From the NCBI GenBank assembly GCA_001782235.1, contig MFOC01000003.1, positions 47,851-111,850 on the forward strand: a DNA stretch of 64,000 nt. Reading direction: 5' to 3'. A program made the translations under genes and the position numbers. This DNA is from Candidatus Levybacteria bacterium RIFCSPHIGHO2_02_FULL_40_18 (GTDB taxonomy: Bacteria; Patescibacteriota; Microgenomatia; Levybacterales; GWA1-39-11). Below the pieces are notes generated by a model that searched no databases, had not been told where the DNA came from, and saw only the letters and a list, made by a program, of their open reading frames with translations. Shown piece after piece: positions 28,855 to 39,716 of the stretch (positions within the stretch are counted from its first letter, which is position 1; each line of letters starts with the position of its first letter).

Positions 28855-29382
28855 ATGGCTAAAAAATCTAAAAGAGAAAAAGTCTATGCTTTCATCGATA
28901 GCCAGAATTTAAATCTTGGAACTAGCAAAGACATTTATCGCGGCAAGAAAAGAGTTTATAGGGGTTGGAAAATAGACTTTGGGAAATTCAGAAAATATCT
29001 ATCTGATAAATTTCGCATTGAAAAGGCATTCTTGTTTATTGGTTATATTAAGCAAAATGAGAAAATGTATCGTAGGTTAAGGTCTTACGGATATGATCTG
29101 GTTTTCAAACCAACTGTCAGAGATAATCAAGGAAAAGCAAAGGGGAATGTTGACGCAGAACTGGTTTTATATGCCGCAAAAATCGAATTCGACAACTATG
29201 ACAAGGCAATAATTGTTTCAGGAGATGGCGACTTTTATTGTCTGCACGAATATTTAAAGAAGAATAAAAAATTACTGCGAATCATTATCCCTAATGTTAA
29301 GTCAGAATCCTCTTTGTTAAAAACGTTCCAAGAGTATAAGACTTTTATTATTTACGATAGGCAAAAACTGGAGCTTAGGTGA
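28855..29382 (+). CDS. NYN domain (PIN-like) protein
   Basis: FIDSQNL, KGNVDAEL, IVSGDGDF. Confidence 0.88.
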   Translation: MAKKSKREKVYAFIDSQNLNLGTSKDIYRGKKRVYRGWKIDFGKFRKYLSDKFRIEKAFLFIGYIKQNEKMYRRLRSYGYDLVFKPTVRDNQGKAKGNVDAELVLYAAKIEFDNYDKAIIVSGDGDFYCLHEYLKKNKKLLRIIIPNVKSESSLLKTFQEYKTFIIYDRQKLELR

Positions 29383-29480
29383 TAAAAGTGGGAGGCGTTG
29401 CTCTATGACACGTAGTCATAGGTTCGTATTCCCCCTCGTGATTGTTTACATAATAACACGAGCTGATTAAAAAATCAAGA

Positions 29481-30899
29481 ATGAAAGTTAAATTAAGGCG
29501 AATAGTAATTCTTGCCATCCTACTTATCAGTGTTATATCCGCAATTTTAATCGGCGCAAATCTTCTCAAACCAAAACCCAAATACAACCTCATTTTAATC
29601 TCTGTTGACACGTTAAGAGCAGACCACATGGGAGTTTATGGCTACCCCAAAAACACTACCCCCAACATTGACAAATGGGCCAAAAATGCCACGGTATTCA
29701 CAAACGCCTATACGATTTTTCCTCTAACTTTTCAGTCATTTTATACCCTATTCACAGGTACAGATGAAGTATTAAAGAATGATTCTTTAGGCTACAGTTC
29801 TTCGGTTACAGAGATTACCCAAGCCTCATCCCCCACCCTTCCTCAAATCTTACAAAAAGCCGGCTTTAAAACTGCAGCATTTGTAACTAATCCAGTGCTT
29901 GATCCACTTGCTACAAACACATTTAAAAACGGATTTAATACTTTTAACAGGTATGATGTGACGGGATTGTCTGAGGGAATAAACCGGGAAAATTCAGGCG
30001 AGTTATTCTTGAAAATCTTTAATTATGATTATGATAATTCAAAAAAAATAACCTCTGATGCCATTTCATGGCTCGCTAAAAACAAGGATTACAGATTTTT
30101 TGCTTGGCTTCATTATACTAATCCTCACCAGCCTTATATTCCCCCGCAGGACGTCGCGTGTCGCTTCAATAAAAGTCTATGTGATAAAGAGTATTTTCAA
30201 GAACTTTCAACGAGCGGAATTCCAAGATGCACTGAAGGAGAAAAAATTCTTGAAGGGGAAGATCTTACAGCCAAAATGGCTCTCTACGATGCAGAAATAG
30301 CTTCATTGGATGAATATATTGGGAAAGTTTTCAAGCAAATTAGCGATCTTGGCCTTGATAAAAATAGCATAATTGTCTTCTATGGTGATCACGGTGAAAG
30401 CTTTGAGCACGGAATTATGAGCCATGGGTATTCATTATATAATACGGACGTAAAAATACCCCTAATAGTAAGGTATCCCGAGGTCACACCAGGGAAAAAA
30501 AGCCAACTTATCGACAACACGGATATCTTACCTACACTTCTTTCAGTACTTGGTGTTAGATTCGACAGGAACAAATTAACGGGGGAAGATTTTGCAAATG
30601 TATTAACAAGCGGCGTGAAGAAAGGCAAAAAAGAGGTTTTTTTCATGACTCCAAGGGATTTTACAAACAAATACGGTGTGACTAATGGGGAAAGTAAATA
30701 CATCTTTTCAAAAGGTGTATACTGCGTTCCCAGAGAGGGAAAGGAAGAACTTTATAATATAGGCGAGGATAAACAAGAGATAAAGAGTATTTTTAAATCA
30801 TCAAATACCCCTCTAAAGGACAGCTTGTTCAAATATTTTGATTTAAAAGGCGATGAGCGCGATGAAGAAATAGATAAACTCAAATCCATTGGGTACTAA
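29481..30899 (+). CDS. Membrane-anchored sulfatase / alkaline phosphatase superfamily enzyme
   Basis: LISVDTLRADH, PHQPY, YDAEI, GDHGE, C-terminal LKSIGY; Thr at the position of the CxPxR Cys. Confidence 0.85.
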   Translation: MKVKLRRIVILAILLISVISAILIGANLLKPKPKYNLILISVDTLRADHMGVYGYPKNTTPNIDKWAKNATVFTNAYTIFPLTFQSFYTLFTGTDEVLKNDSLGYSSSVTEITQASSPTLPQILQKAGFKTAAFVTNPVLDPLATNTFKNGFNTFNRYDVTGLSEGINRENSGELFLKIFNYDYDNSKKITSDAISWLAKNKDYRFFAWLHYTNPHQPYIPPQDVACRFNKSLCDKEYFQELSTSGIPRCTEGEKILEGEDLTAKMALYDAEIASLDEYIGKVFKQISDLGLDKNSIIVFYGDHGESFEHGIMSHGYSLYNTDVKIPLIVRYPEVTPGKKSQLIDNTDILPTLLSVLGVRFDRNKLTGEDFANVLTSGVKKGKKEVFFMTPRDFTNKYGVTNGESKYIFSKGVYCVPREGKEELYNIGEDKQEIKSIFKSSNTPLKDSLFKYFDLKGDERDEEIDKLKSIGY

Positions 30900-31897
30900 T
30901 TCGCACCACACGGAATCAATTTATTTTTCATTAAGTAGTCAAATATATCCCGAGCTATCAACTTATGCCCTTTTTTGTTCGGGTGATCATCGAGCAAGAG
31001 GTATTCATCCCAAGAAGGATTGTTACTTCTGTAAAAATAAGTTGTCTTCCTATTTCCGCTAAATTCCGTTATGGCATCTATGTATTGGCTATTGTCCAGT
31101 GAATAATTGCCCAACCCATAGAATACTAGTGAGCCATTATAGTATTTATCAAATTCTTCTAATTTATGCATTTGAAAGTCGAGCGTTTCTCCCTCATCCC
31201 ATTTTTTACGAAATTCATTTATAGCGTAGGTATAAAGAGAAAACCCATAGTTAGAAGAGGCTGGTGTTACCCCCCGTCTTACTAGTTCAGCTGCGCCATT
31301 AGAGAGAGAGGGTCCCAATTCTTCCTCAATATAGCTAAAGTCATTATCGAGAACCATCCAAACAAGCAAGTTCGGATTATATTTTATTCCTCGTATTTTA
31401 AATCGTTCAACTTCATATTGAATATCATAAGCCTGTTCTCCTAAATTTATAACTTCGAATTTCTTATATTTACTACAGCTTAAATTGCTATTTAAAAGAT
31501 CCTCTAATTTTTCTGGCCAAATGTCCGCAGTACTCACATGGAGCCCGTAGGTAAATGAATCTCCCAAAGTTATTATTCTGAATACATTGCTAGCTTTTTT
31601 AATAGAGTAATTAAACCTATCTTTTAATGCGTCTTTATTTACTCCGTTCTCAACCAATCCTGTCCATGAAAATTCGTATGTCAATTTTCTGTCTGGAGCA
31701 GGCTCATGAAAATACTTGAGACCATTAACTTTTGGAAATATCTGGAATTCTTTCTTTATTGGGTTTACTGAGATAGAGGATCCTAAAACCGAACCTCCAG
31801 TGTAAATCTTATAGACTAATATTCCAATTATTATCAATTGGAACAAGATAATATAAGCAGTTATCCTCTTTTTCATCCTACACACAAAGTATAACAA
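30896..31897 (-). CDS. SGNH/GDSL hydrolase family (start probably MKKR)
   Basis: LGDSFTYG, EVINLG, DDHPN. Confidence 0.85.
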   Translation of the reverse strand: MLYFVCRMKKRITAYIILFQLIIIGILVYKIYTGGSVLGSSISVNPIKKEFQIFPKVNGLKYFHEPAPDRKLTYEFSWTGLVENGVNKDALKDRFNYSIKKASNVFRIITLGDSFTYGLHVSTADIWPEKLEDLLNSNLSCSKYKKFEVINLGEQAYDIQYEVERFKIRGIKYNPNLLVWMVLDNDFSYIEEELGPSLSNGAAELVRRGVTPASSNYGFSLYTYAINEFRKKWDEGETLDFQMHKLEEFDKYYNGSLVFYGLGNYSLDNSQYIDAITEFSGNRKTTYFYRSNNPSWDEYLLLDDHPNKKGHKLIARDIFDYLMKNKLIPCGAN

Positions 31898-31934
31898 AAG
31901 TCTTTATGATCGCACAGAAACGTGGGCTTGTAAT

Positions 31935-33350
31935 TTATGCTGTGGGTAATAACGCTCTCCTTTGGGTGTAGAGCGCAGGTTTTGGAGTCAAATCATCCTG
32001 ATAAGGAGTCGGTTCTGCATTTTTAGCATAGGTTGGAAACTTCGGATCGTTTTGATGAACGGAAAATCTGTCGCCTAATTGAAAATCAACGAACCCTTTA
32101 CAAGCTCCTGAGCTAACTATAGCTTTCGTCACGTTCTCATAAATATCTGCTTGTTTCATAAATCTTTCTCCTCTTGTTCCTAGAAGATTTCTTATGTTAA
32201 CGGCAAATTCCGTTATATAAACCGGGAGTCCATAGCTTTTCAAGGCAGCGGGTATTTGATCCAAAGGCGGAAGATTCGATGCTTCTGTATATGCCTCTAT
32301 TCCAACTCCATCAATTAAATTTCTTGAAGAAAGACGATCAGCTACATCTTTGGTCATTTTATAATTATTACCAAAAACTCCATGGGTAAATGTATGATTA
32401 TCATAATCATTGATAATCAATCTTGCCTCAGGTAGAATTCTTCTTGCCTCTCCAAAAAATTCATCTACGTACCCTATCCCTTTCTTCTGGAAGAAAATGT
32501 CATTTTTTGCTCCAACCTCATTTGTAACTACAACAATAGGAGGTTCCGTAAGGTTGGCGTTTTTTACTTCAGTCAAGACAGCTTGGATAGTCTCTTTACC
32601 TCTTAACATTAGTTCATCTGCTGATAAATTCCTCCAACTATTGGGGATATCTGAAAACCAAATTAGCGGATGAATTAGGACTCTCTTTCCATTTTGCTTG
32701 GCAAGTCTTAAGAGCCCGCGTAAAGTTGTAAAGTCGAAAGAACCGTCTGGTGATCGAAGCGAAGATGAACCTGCATAGATACCAACCATTCCATATTCTC
32801 TGTTTAATACTCTTTGAATATTTTCAAAGTCTCCAGGACCCATGTTATTTCCCCCAGCAAAAGCGCCCATTAGAATGTCAGATTTTTGTCCTATATTTCG
32901 AAGTGTTGCCTCCTTCCAAGTGTTCCATTTTGCGTTTTGGTCTTTTTCAGTAATAACTAGAGGAATTCTTGTTGCAGAATCTAAACCTACTACAAAGGGG
33001 GTTCCTTTAAAATCTGTAAATTGACCATATGAGATTTCGATTGCTTCAGGATTGAGTCCGAATGCCCCGGCATAAGGATTCTTCGCTTCCAGCAATAGGG
33101 ATTTGTTTGGGAAAGGCAGGTCCGGAAAACCTTCAATTGAAGGTTCCGCAGTGGCTGATGGGGACGGTTCTGCAGTTGGAGAACTTGGTTTGCCATCAGG
33201 GCCGCAGGCGGCAAGAATTGTGCCCAATACTACTCCCTCACTTAAGAAGATTAACAATCTTCTTTTTGTCGGATCTTGAACCCCTTGCTCGCGAAACTCT
33301 TGATCCTCTAGTTCTCTTGGAGTTAAATCTTGTTGCTCAGGCATACGCAT
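31935..33350 (-). CDS. GH10-like glycoside hydrolase, lipoprotein
   Basis: RR-hydrophobic-LAAC lipobox; HPLIW, VTNE, INDY, IDGVGIE, YITEF. Confidence 0.75.
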   Translation of the reverse strand: MRMPEQQDLTPRELEDQEFREQGVQDPTKRRLLIFLSEGVVLGTILAACGPDGKPSSPTAEPSPSATAEPSIEGFPDLPFPNKSLLLEAKNPYAGAFGLNPEAIEISYGQFTDFKGTPFVVGLDSATRIPLVITEKDQNAKWNTWKEATLRNIGQKSDILMGAFAGGNNMGPGDFENIQRVLNREYGMVGIYAGSSSLRSPDGSFDFTTLRGLLRLAKQNGKRVLIHPLIWFSDIPNSWRNLSADELMLRGKETIQAVLTEVKNANLTEPPIVVVTNEVGAKNDIFFQKKGIGYVDEFFGEARRILPEARLIINDYDNHTFTHGVFGNNYKMTKDVADRLSSRNLIDGVGIEAYTEASNLPPLDQIPAALKSYGLPVYITEFAVNIRNLLGTRGERFMKQADIYENVTKAIVSSGACKGFVDFQLGDRFSVHQNDPKFPTYAKNAEPTPYQDDLTPKPALYTQRRALLPTA

Positions 33351-33455
33351 ATGCTTTCCTCCTGCCTATTTAAAACTATAAGCTACCCAATTTTCTCATT
33401 TTTAAACCTGCTTGTCAATAGAAAATAAGGCTTACGACAAACTCTTACTATTTCT

Positions 33456-34412
33456 TTATATCTTCAGTTTTCTAAGAGTTTTGTCTTGAAATAGTCGGTA
33501 AAAACAGATTGAAAAAAGATATAGAAAAAAGGCTGCATATTGAAAAATCGAATTAAAAATAAATCTATGCACTACAATATTTAATTTTTGGGTGTCTTTC
33601 TTGTAGTTGACTAACTTTTGAAGCCCGCTAGCAATATCGGATACTGTTTCATTGGAAGCCAGTTTCTCGCTTGTCAAAAAATTTAAAAAGGCACCTGCCG
33701 CCTCCTTTTTTCCCATAGAGCTTGAATTTCTTGCGAACTCAAACCAAGCTGAAGATGGATGTTTTCTATAATAACCGTAAATGGCGTTTCTATAGGCAAT
33801 TGCTCCATGCGGAAGTAGCGAAAGCCATGTAGGAATATCAACAAACGGGTAAGTCCTGCTGTTTTTAAATCCCCCAATTCGCCTAAGTGCCGCCTTCCGG
33901 ATCACAACAGTTACGGGAATAATATTGCATATGATGTTAAAAAGATCGATAAATTTTTTATCTTTATTAGTTTCACAAAGTATATCCACCCTTTTTTTGT
34001 AAGAGTATACGAAACACTGAATATTATTTTGATTAACTATGACCGCGTCCCCAAAAGAAAAGACTACGCTTTTATCTCTAAAATCTTTCAGCTGTTTTTT
34101 TAGCTTGTCTGCCGGCCAAAAATCATCCCCCTCAAGGATGGCTATGTATTCTCCTTTTGCCCGGGCCAGCGCCTGATTGTAGGTTCTACTCAAACCTTTT
34201 ATTCCCCATCTGGTTCTATGTTTTATGAGTTTTAACTTTTTATTTTCGGTCGTATATCTTCGAACTATTTCGGCAGTTTCATCTGTCGAACAGTCATCCA
34301 CAATAATCATCTCCCAATCTTTATAGCTTTGATTTAAAACTGATCTTATACAATAGGAGATAAACCTTCCATGATTATAGGTAGGAGTTATTATCGTAAC
34401 CTTAGCTTTCAT
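33456..34412 (-). CDS. Glycosyltransferase family 2
   Basis: IITPTYN, IVDDCSTD, LEGDDFW. Confidence 0.92.
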   Translation of the reverse strand: MKAKVTIITPTYNHGRFISYCIRSVLNQSYKDWEMIIVDDCSTDETAEIVRRYTTENKKLKLIKHRTRWGIKGLSRTYNQALARAKGEYIAILEGDDFWPADKLKKQLKDFRDKSVVFSFGDAVIVNQNNIQCFVYSYKKRVDILCETNKDKKFIDLFNIICNIIPVTVVIRKAALRRIGGFKNSRTYPFVDIPTWLSLLPHGAIAYRNAIYGYYRKHPSSAWFEFARNSSSMGKKEAAGAFLNFLTSEKLASNETVSDIASGLQKLVNYKKDTQKLNIVVHRFIFNSIFQYAAFFLYLFSICFYRLFQDKTLRKLKI

Positions 34413-35538
34413 TAATGCTATTTAGTAAATCCACATATTGATCCAGCATTTTCTTTTCAGAAAAGTCTTTTACCCTTTCAATCGATAGGTTAGAGTATTT
34501 TAAATACTCTTTTCGATCTTCCAAGAGTTTGTTCAAATTATTTTTAATAGCTTTTTTATCTCCTACAGGGACAAGAATTCCATATTTTCCGTTACCCAAA
34601 ATTTCTTTAGGACCGAATGGCGCATCTGTTGAAACTATTGGCAAACCATAAGACATTGCCTCAATGATTCCATAGCCGAACCCCTCTCTTTTCGAAGAAG
34701 ACACGTAAATATCTGCTTTTGATAAAACGTCCTTCACGGAATTTTTCCATCCTAAGAAACTTACCATGGAATCAAGACCTTTGCTGTGGGCTAGATTTTT
34801 CAGCTCCAGTTTTAACGGGCCGTCACCGACTATCCAAAGACGAGCCTGGTTTTTGTCTTTAATCACTCCTGAAAACGCATTTATCAAGATTCCATAATCT
34901 TTCTGCTCAACTAATCTCCCAAGAGTAACTATTGTTTTACGGTCCCAAGATCTTGGGTTTTTACGTTTTCCCAAAGTAATTCCGTAATTAATAATGTCTA
35001 TTTTCCTATTTATTTTGAACCCTCGTTTAAAATTTTTCCCTAAATCTTTCGATATAAAAACCAGTCTGTCCGCTTTATTATAAAAGAACGTAATTAACCT
35101 CGAGATAAAAAGTCGCAGAATATGACTGCTTTTTGCACTAAGCGTATCCTCCAAGTTTATATGGGTGGTTAGAATAACATTAAATCTTCCAAGAAAAATA
35201 GCCTTTATAATCGAGACTATTAAATTTGCATGAACATCTACACTGAGAACTAGCTGTGGACTTAACTTGTTAATTTCTCGTTTTATTTTAAATATCTCAG
35301 TAAAAAAATTATAGCTATGAGAAAGGTTCAATTCATATTTTTGAGGATAATAATTACTCGAATGAAGAAATTTGATTTTGGATTTTTTTACTCTTCTATA
35401 GGATGGTTTTTCAAGAACTAAAGCTTTTATTTCAATATTAGGATCGACATCTTGTATTTTTAGAAGGCTCAAAAGGAATGTTCCTGTTCCACCATCTATG
35501 CTTTTTGCAACTACTAAAATTTTCTTTTTTTTATTCAT
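34402..35538 (-). CDS. Glycosyltransferase family 4
   Basis: GRLVEQKD, VGDGP, EGFGYGIIEAM. Confidence 0.92.
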   Translation of the reverse strand: MNKKKKILVVAKSIDGGTGTFLLSLLKIQDVDPNIEIKALVLEKPSYRRVKKSKIKFLHSSNYYPQKYELNLSHSYNFFTEIFKIKREINKLSPQLVLSVDVHANLIVSIIKAIFLGRFNVILTTHINLEDTLSAKSSHILRLFISRLITFFYNKADRLVFISKDLGKNFKRGFKINRKIDIINYGITLGKRKNPRSWDRKTIVTLGRLVEQKDYGILINAFSGVIKDKNQARLWIVGDGPLKLELKNLAHSKGLDSMVSFLGWKNSVKDVLSKADIYVSSSKREGFGYGIIEAMSYGLPIVSTDAPFGPKEILGNGKYGILVPVGDKKAIKNNLNKLLEDRKEYLKYSNLSIERVKDFSEKKMLDQYVDLLNSINES

Positions 35539-35562
35539 ATTATGCTCTGTTATAATTACTCC

Positions 35563-36822
35563 ATGTTGAAAAAAGAATGGGCGATATCAACCTTTATAAT
35601 TGCAGTATTCCTATTAAGAATTCCCCCTCTATATTTTACCGGCATTAAGAATATATTTCTCACCACACATTCTATAGTGGTTTTAACAATTCCCCTGATT
35701 TTTCTTTACTTGTTTTCCCAAAGATTATACTATAAAAAGAGACTACCCTATTTAAATACTCCCGAAGCTTTATTTGTAGTTATTTTTTTTGCAACACAAT
35801 CTTTGTCTATATTTGGGGCTTCAAATGTTGAAATTTTCCTTCAGAGATACGTAAAGATTATTTTTGGGATTATTGTCTTTATTGCGGTTAAAGAACTCGT
35901 TGCAATAGATAAAAAGATAATCTACAAAGTCCCTATAGCAATTATAGCGGGCGGTTTAATAACATTTGGACTACAGTTGATACTCTTTTTTGCACCTGAT
36001 GTCTATTTCCAATTAGGAGAAACTCTGATTTATAAAAACGTTTACAGCATTACTATTACTAACTTCTCCGTAGGAAAAATCTTTGATGACTCTTTCCTTC
36101 AAACGGTTACCCCCTTTATTATTTATTACCTTGCTTCCAGTAAAAATAAACTTATAATTCCTGTTTTGGTTTCTGCAATGGTGGGAATGGGAATGGTAGA
36201 TTTTGCTTCTAACTTTAGATATAGGGTCATAGCATATGTTGTCTCTCTTGCATCTTCTCTTGGCCTTATTTTTAGGTTCAAAAGAAATTTAATAATTGTT
36301 ATCGGTATAGTTTTTTTAATATTTTTAGTGCTACCTAATGTCGATAAATACTTGAGGCAAAATGTGGGTTTCAGTTTCGTTGATAGAATATTACTGGAGA
36401 GTGAAACTAGAGATATTGCTAGCATCGAATGGCGGCTTAGTGCTTTTGAACAGTCGATACAAATGGCAAGCACGAATATTTTTGGGGTGGGACTTGGTAA
36501 TTTTTTTGATAAATCTCAATTTGTAAACATCCCAAAAACTAACTTTCCCAACTATACTATCACTATTGAAGCTTTGAAAGCCGGGCCTCACAATATATTC
36601 TTTCAGATATTGGCAGAGACAGGACTTCCGGGATTAACATCGCTTGTGATTCTACTTGCATATTTTGTCCGTAAAGACCTGCATATAATCAAAGATAAAA
36701 TGAGCGGGATAAAAACCGCTTATGTGCTTGGTTTTTGGACTCTAATTTTGATAGGTCAGTTTTTCCCAACAAATAATTTTACTTTTTTTACACTTTTCTT
36801 CCTTTTTAGAGGCGCTCTATAG
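35563..36822 (+). CDS. O-antigen ligase family
   Basis: FGVGLGNF, PHNIFFQILAETG; the ATG at 35563 is 6 nt after TATAAT. Confidence 0.85.
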   Translation: MLKKEWAISTFIIAVFLLRIPPLYFTGIKNIFLTTHSIVVLTIPLIFLYLFSQRLYYKKRLPYLNTPEALFVVIFFATQSLSIFGASNVEIFLQRYVKIIFGIIVFIAVKELVAIDKKIIYKVPIAIIAGGLITFGLQLILFFAPDVYFQLGETLIYKNVYSITITNFSVGKIFDDSFLQTVTPFIIYYLASSKNKLIIPVLVSAMVGMGMVDFASNFRYRVIAYVVSLASSLGLIFRFKRNLIIVIGIVFLIFLVLPNVDKYLRQNVGFSFVDRILLESETRDIASIEWRLSAFEQSIQMASTNIFGVGLGNFFDKSQFVNIPKTNFPNYTITIEALKAGPHNIFFQILAETGLPGLTSLVILLAYFVRKDLHIIKDKMSGIKTAYVLGFWTLILIGQFFPTNNFTFFTLFFLFRGAL

Positions 36823-36863
36823 GCTTTGCTGTTCTGAATCCATACAGTACACTACAATATCTA

Positions 36864-36947
36864 ACTCTCTTTTGGCTTTTGAGGGCACTTATTGAAAAAT
36901 CACCAAAGTTAAGATCGCGTGATTCATTCAATCTTACTGACAATGTA
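36864..36947 (+). repeat. 84-bp perfect direct repeat, copy 1
   Basis: actctcttttggcttttgagggcac...cttactgacaatgta, identical to 42610-42693. Confidence 0.92.
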
Positions 36948-37016
36948 ATTATCAAAGACAAAGTTGGGGGTTGAAATGCTTATATTTCTACCGGAACATA
37001 GTGTTATTATTAATGC

Positions 37017-37187
37017 GTGGCTAAAATAATTTACTACACAACAGCAGAAGGCGAAAATCCGGTTAGCTACTTCTTCGACTCTTTAACCAAACGACAACAG
37101 AGTAAAATACTCCGAATAATAGAGGTTATTGAAAACTATGGTTTAATGAGCGTAATTCCACATATTAAAAAACTTTCAGGGAGGTAA
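37017..37187 (+). pseudogene. Truncated RelE/ParE (Gp49-like) toxin
   Basis: VAKIIYYTTAEGENPVSYFFDSL...PHIKKLSG then a stop codon. Confidence 0.65.
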
Positions 37188-37245
37188 AACCCTAGACTTC
37201 TTCTTGGCTTCGTAATTCCTTTTATATCTGACTAATTTGATATAA

Positions 37246-38271
37246 TTGTCTACGCAAAAACATAATTTTTTTATGTTTGCAACTTTTATGGAGAAAGAGG
37301 CTATAAAATCGTCCTTTTTACCTTATCCTGACATTCCTCCTATTATCGAACTTGACCCATTCCTAGCAACCTTGCGTAAAATAGAAAAAATTACTCCCCT
37401 TTATGACGGGGTCGCTCATTGTCTATTTCGAGTTCAAGCTGATGGAAAAAGCTTTTTTTTGAAAATCAGAGGTGATCACTTTCCAAGAATACCTGAGATA
37501 ATTACAAATCCAGAAGATATTAAAAATGAATATAAAGCGCTTAGCATATACGGTTCTTTGCTGCCGGATAATTTTCCTCAAGTCGTCTCATTCAATAATA
37601 ATGCTCATTATCTAATAACATCAGATGCTACATTTAATGGTGAGCTTTTCTTAGAAACTTTAGTAAGAGGAGATGTTACAAGAGAAATAGCCTTTAGTCT
37701 CGGACGCACGTTAAGAAGTATTCACGATTCCACAGGTCAACATACGGAAGACCTAAGAAGCGAGGGAGATAGTTTTCATTATGATCAAAAGTTACTGCAT
37801 AGATTTGGATTCCTTCGAAATGTTGGCCTTGATGAAATGGTCCAGAGATTAAGACAAGAAGAAAGGCAATTAGTTTTGGGAGACCCCGCTCCTAAAAATA
37901 TTGGAATGAATAATGATGGATCACTTTTTGTATTTTTTGATTTAGAGGATGCGCATCAAGGAAATCCTGTGTTTGATTACGGTTACTTACTCGGTCACAT
38001 TATATTACATAACTGCCTAATGCCTGGAAAAGCAATGGATTTAATTCAAGGGTATACCGGCGGTTATAACGGTCATGCTTATGACGAGGATATGGTTAAA
38101 AAAATAGCGCTGGGAACGATAAGATATCGCTTGGCAGGACGGATTCCTTATGAAGCACCAAATATTCCCTTTGACTTAAGGTCGGATATTTTAGGTAGCA
38201 TTGAAAACTTTCTTTCAGTCGATCTAGGCAAGGTGAATTGGGACTTTATTTTAGCTAATATACCACAATGA
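37246..38271 (+). CDS. Aminoglycoside/choline kinase-like phosphotransferase
   Basis: FFLK, LGRTLRSIH, LGDPAPKNI, FFDLE, GNPVFDYGY. Confidence 0.8.
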   Translation: MSTQKHNFFMFATFMEKEAIKSSFLPYPDIPPIIELDPFLATLRKIEKITPLYDGVAHCLFRVQADGKSFFLKIRGDHFPRIPEIITNPEDIKNEYKALSIYGSLLPDNFPQVVSFNNNAHYLITSDATFNGELFLETLVRGDVTREIAFSLGRTLRSIHDSTGQHTEDLRSEGDSFHYDQKLLHRFGFLRNVGLDEMVQRLRQEERQLVLGDPAPKNIGMNNDGSLFVFFDLEDAHQGNPVFDYGYLLGHIILHNCLMPGKAMDLIQGYTGGYNGHAYDEDMVKKIALGTIRYRLAGRIPYEAPNIPFDLRSDILGSIENFLSVDLGKVNWDFILANIPQ

Positions 38272-39710
38272 ATAATCTGAACTTAATGCTTATTGGAGTA
38301 GGACCACATGCAAGAAGAATATACTATCCCATTTGTAAAAAGGAAGAAAGTCTTGGGGTTAAAATAATTTGCGGAGTTGATTTAGTTGAGAAAAAGGATG
38401 AAATTGAAAGGTTTCTTGATCTAAAAGAGGACAAGCTACCTATGCTTTATATCTCAAACAATACATACACTAAGGCATTACCGAACGAAGAAAGAGAGAA
38501 GCTAAATAAACTTGTTAAAAAATATAAGATTAATGGTGTTATCATCTCGACGGATCCTTTGGCTCATCTACGATATGCACTATGGGCAATTGATCAGGGC
38601 CTTCACATCTTGATGGATAAACCAATTTCAGCTGTTCCTTACGCCTCAACTGATGAACATGCTGCGGAGGATATTGTTTCTGATTTTTATCTTTTAAAAA
38701 ATCGCCATGAGAAAAAGGGAGCCAAAAAAATTGTTAGCATAATGACTCAAAGGCGATTCCACCCAGCATATACAAAAATTCGTGAACTAGCCGAAGATGT
38801 TTTTAAAAAAACTAATTGCCCAATTACATCTGTTCAGACTTTTCATTCTGATGGTCAGTGGCGTCTTCCATCTGAAATAGTGGATATTGACTACCATTCA
38901 TTTAATCATGGTTTTGGTGAGCTGTTACATTCTGGGTATCACTCATTAGACATTATTTGCTGGTTATTAAGTTCGACTCGAGGAACAAAGAAAGAAATAA
39001 ATAATGTGGATATTTTCTCACAGATAGTACGTCCTACAGATTTTATCTCACAAATAAACTTTCCCGATTATAAAAATTTGTTTGCAGACTTTCCAAAGGT
39101 CAACAAATACTCTGAGAAGGATTTCAGAAATATAACCAAAAAATATGGAGAGATAGACGTTTTTGTTAATTTTGCATTTAAACATAACTCAGACGTAATA
39201 ACTTTAGGCAGCTCGAACTTAGTGCATAATGGTTTTTCCCAACGTGGGTGGCTTATGCCTAAAAAAGATATGTACAAGGGGAACGGAAGAGTTAGACAAG
39301 AAACTATATTTATTGAACAAGGCCCTTTTCAGTCAATCTCCCTAGTTTCATATCAATCAAGCGAGATTAACAAAGACTCAAACAGTGGCATTTTTGATGT
39401 GGGTGGAGAGTACCATTTGGATATTCATGTTTTTAGAAATAGCAGTTTTTACCCAAAATGGAAAACCTATGAAAAATTATCGATTAAAGACTTATCGAAA
39501 AGTACGTTGGAGGGATATTCAAGAGGCCATCAAGAAGACGCAAGAAGAAATGCAATAATTGACTTTATAGAATCTGCAAAAGGTAAGAGACTAAGCCAAG
39601 TATCGAATTTATTGGATCATGAATTTGGTGTTAAACTTATTAGCGGAGCGTACCTTTCAATGGCAAGAAAGATTCACTCCAAGAACCCAGTTGTAAATAT
39701 TTCTCTTTAG
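38268..39710 (+). CDS. Gfo/Idh/MocA family oxidoreductase
   Basis: IGVGPHA Rossmann motif, HILMDKP, QRRFHP, HSGYHSLD. Confidence 0.82.
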   Translation: MNNLNLMLIGVGPHARRIYYPICKKEESLGVKIICGVDLVEKKDEIERFLDLKEDKLPMLYISNNTYTKALPNEEREKLNKLVKKYKINGVIISTDPLAHLRYALWAIDQGLHILMDKPISAVPYASTDEHAAEDIVSDFYLLKNRHEKKGAKKIVSIMTQRRFHPAYTKIRELAEDVFKKTNCPITSVQTFHSDGQWRLPSEIVDIDYHSFNHGFGELLHSGYHSLDIICWLLSSTRGTKKEINNVDIFSQIVRPTDFISQINFPDYKNLFADFPKVNKYSEKDFRNITKKYGEIDVFVNFAFKHNSDVITLGSSNLVHNGFSQRGWLMPKKDMYKGNGRVRQETIFIEQGPFQSISLVSYQSSEINKDSNSGIFDVGGEYHLDIHVFRNSSFYPKWKTYEKLSIKDLSKSTLEGYSRGHQEDARRNAIIDFIESAKGKRLSQVSNLLDHEFGVKLISGAYLSMARKIHSKNPVVNISL

Positions 39711-39716
39711 AACTAG

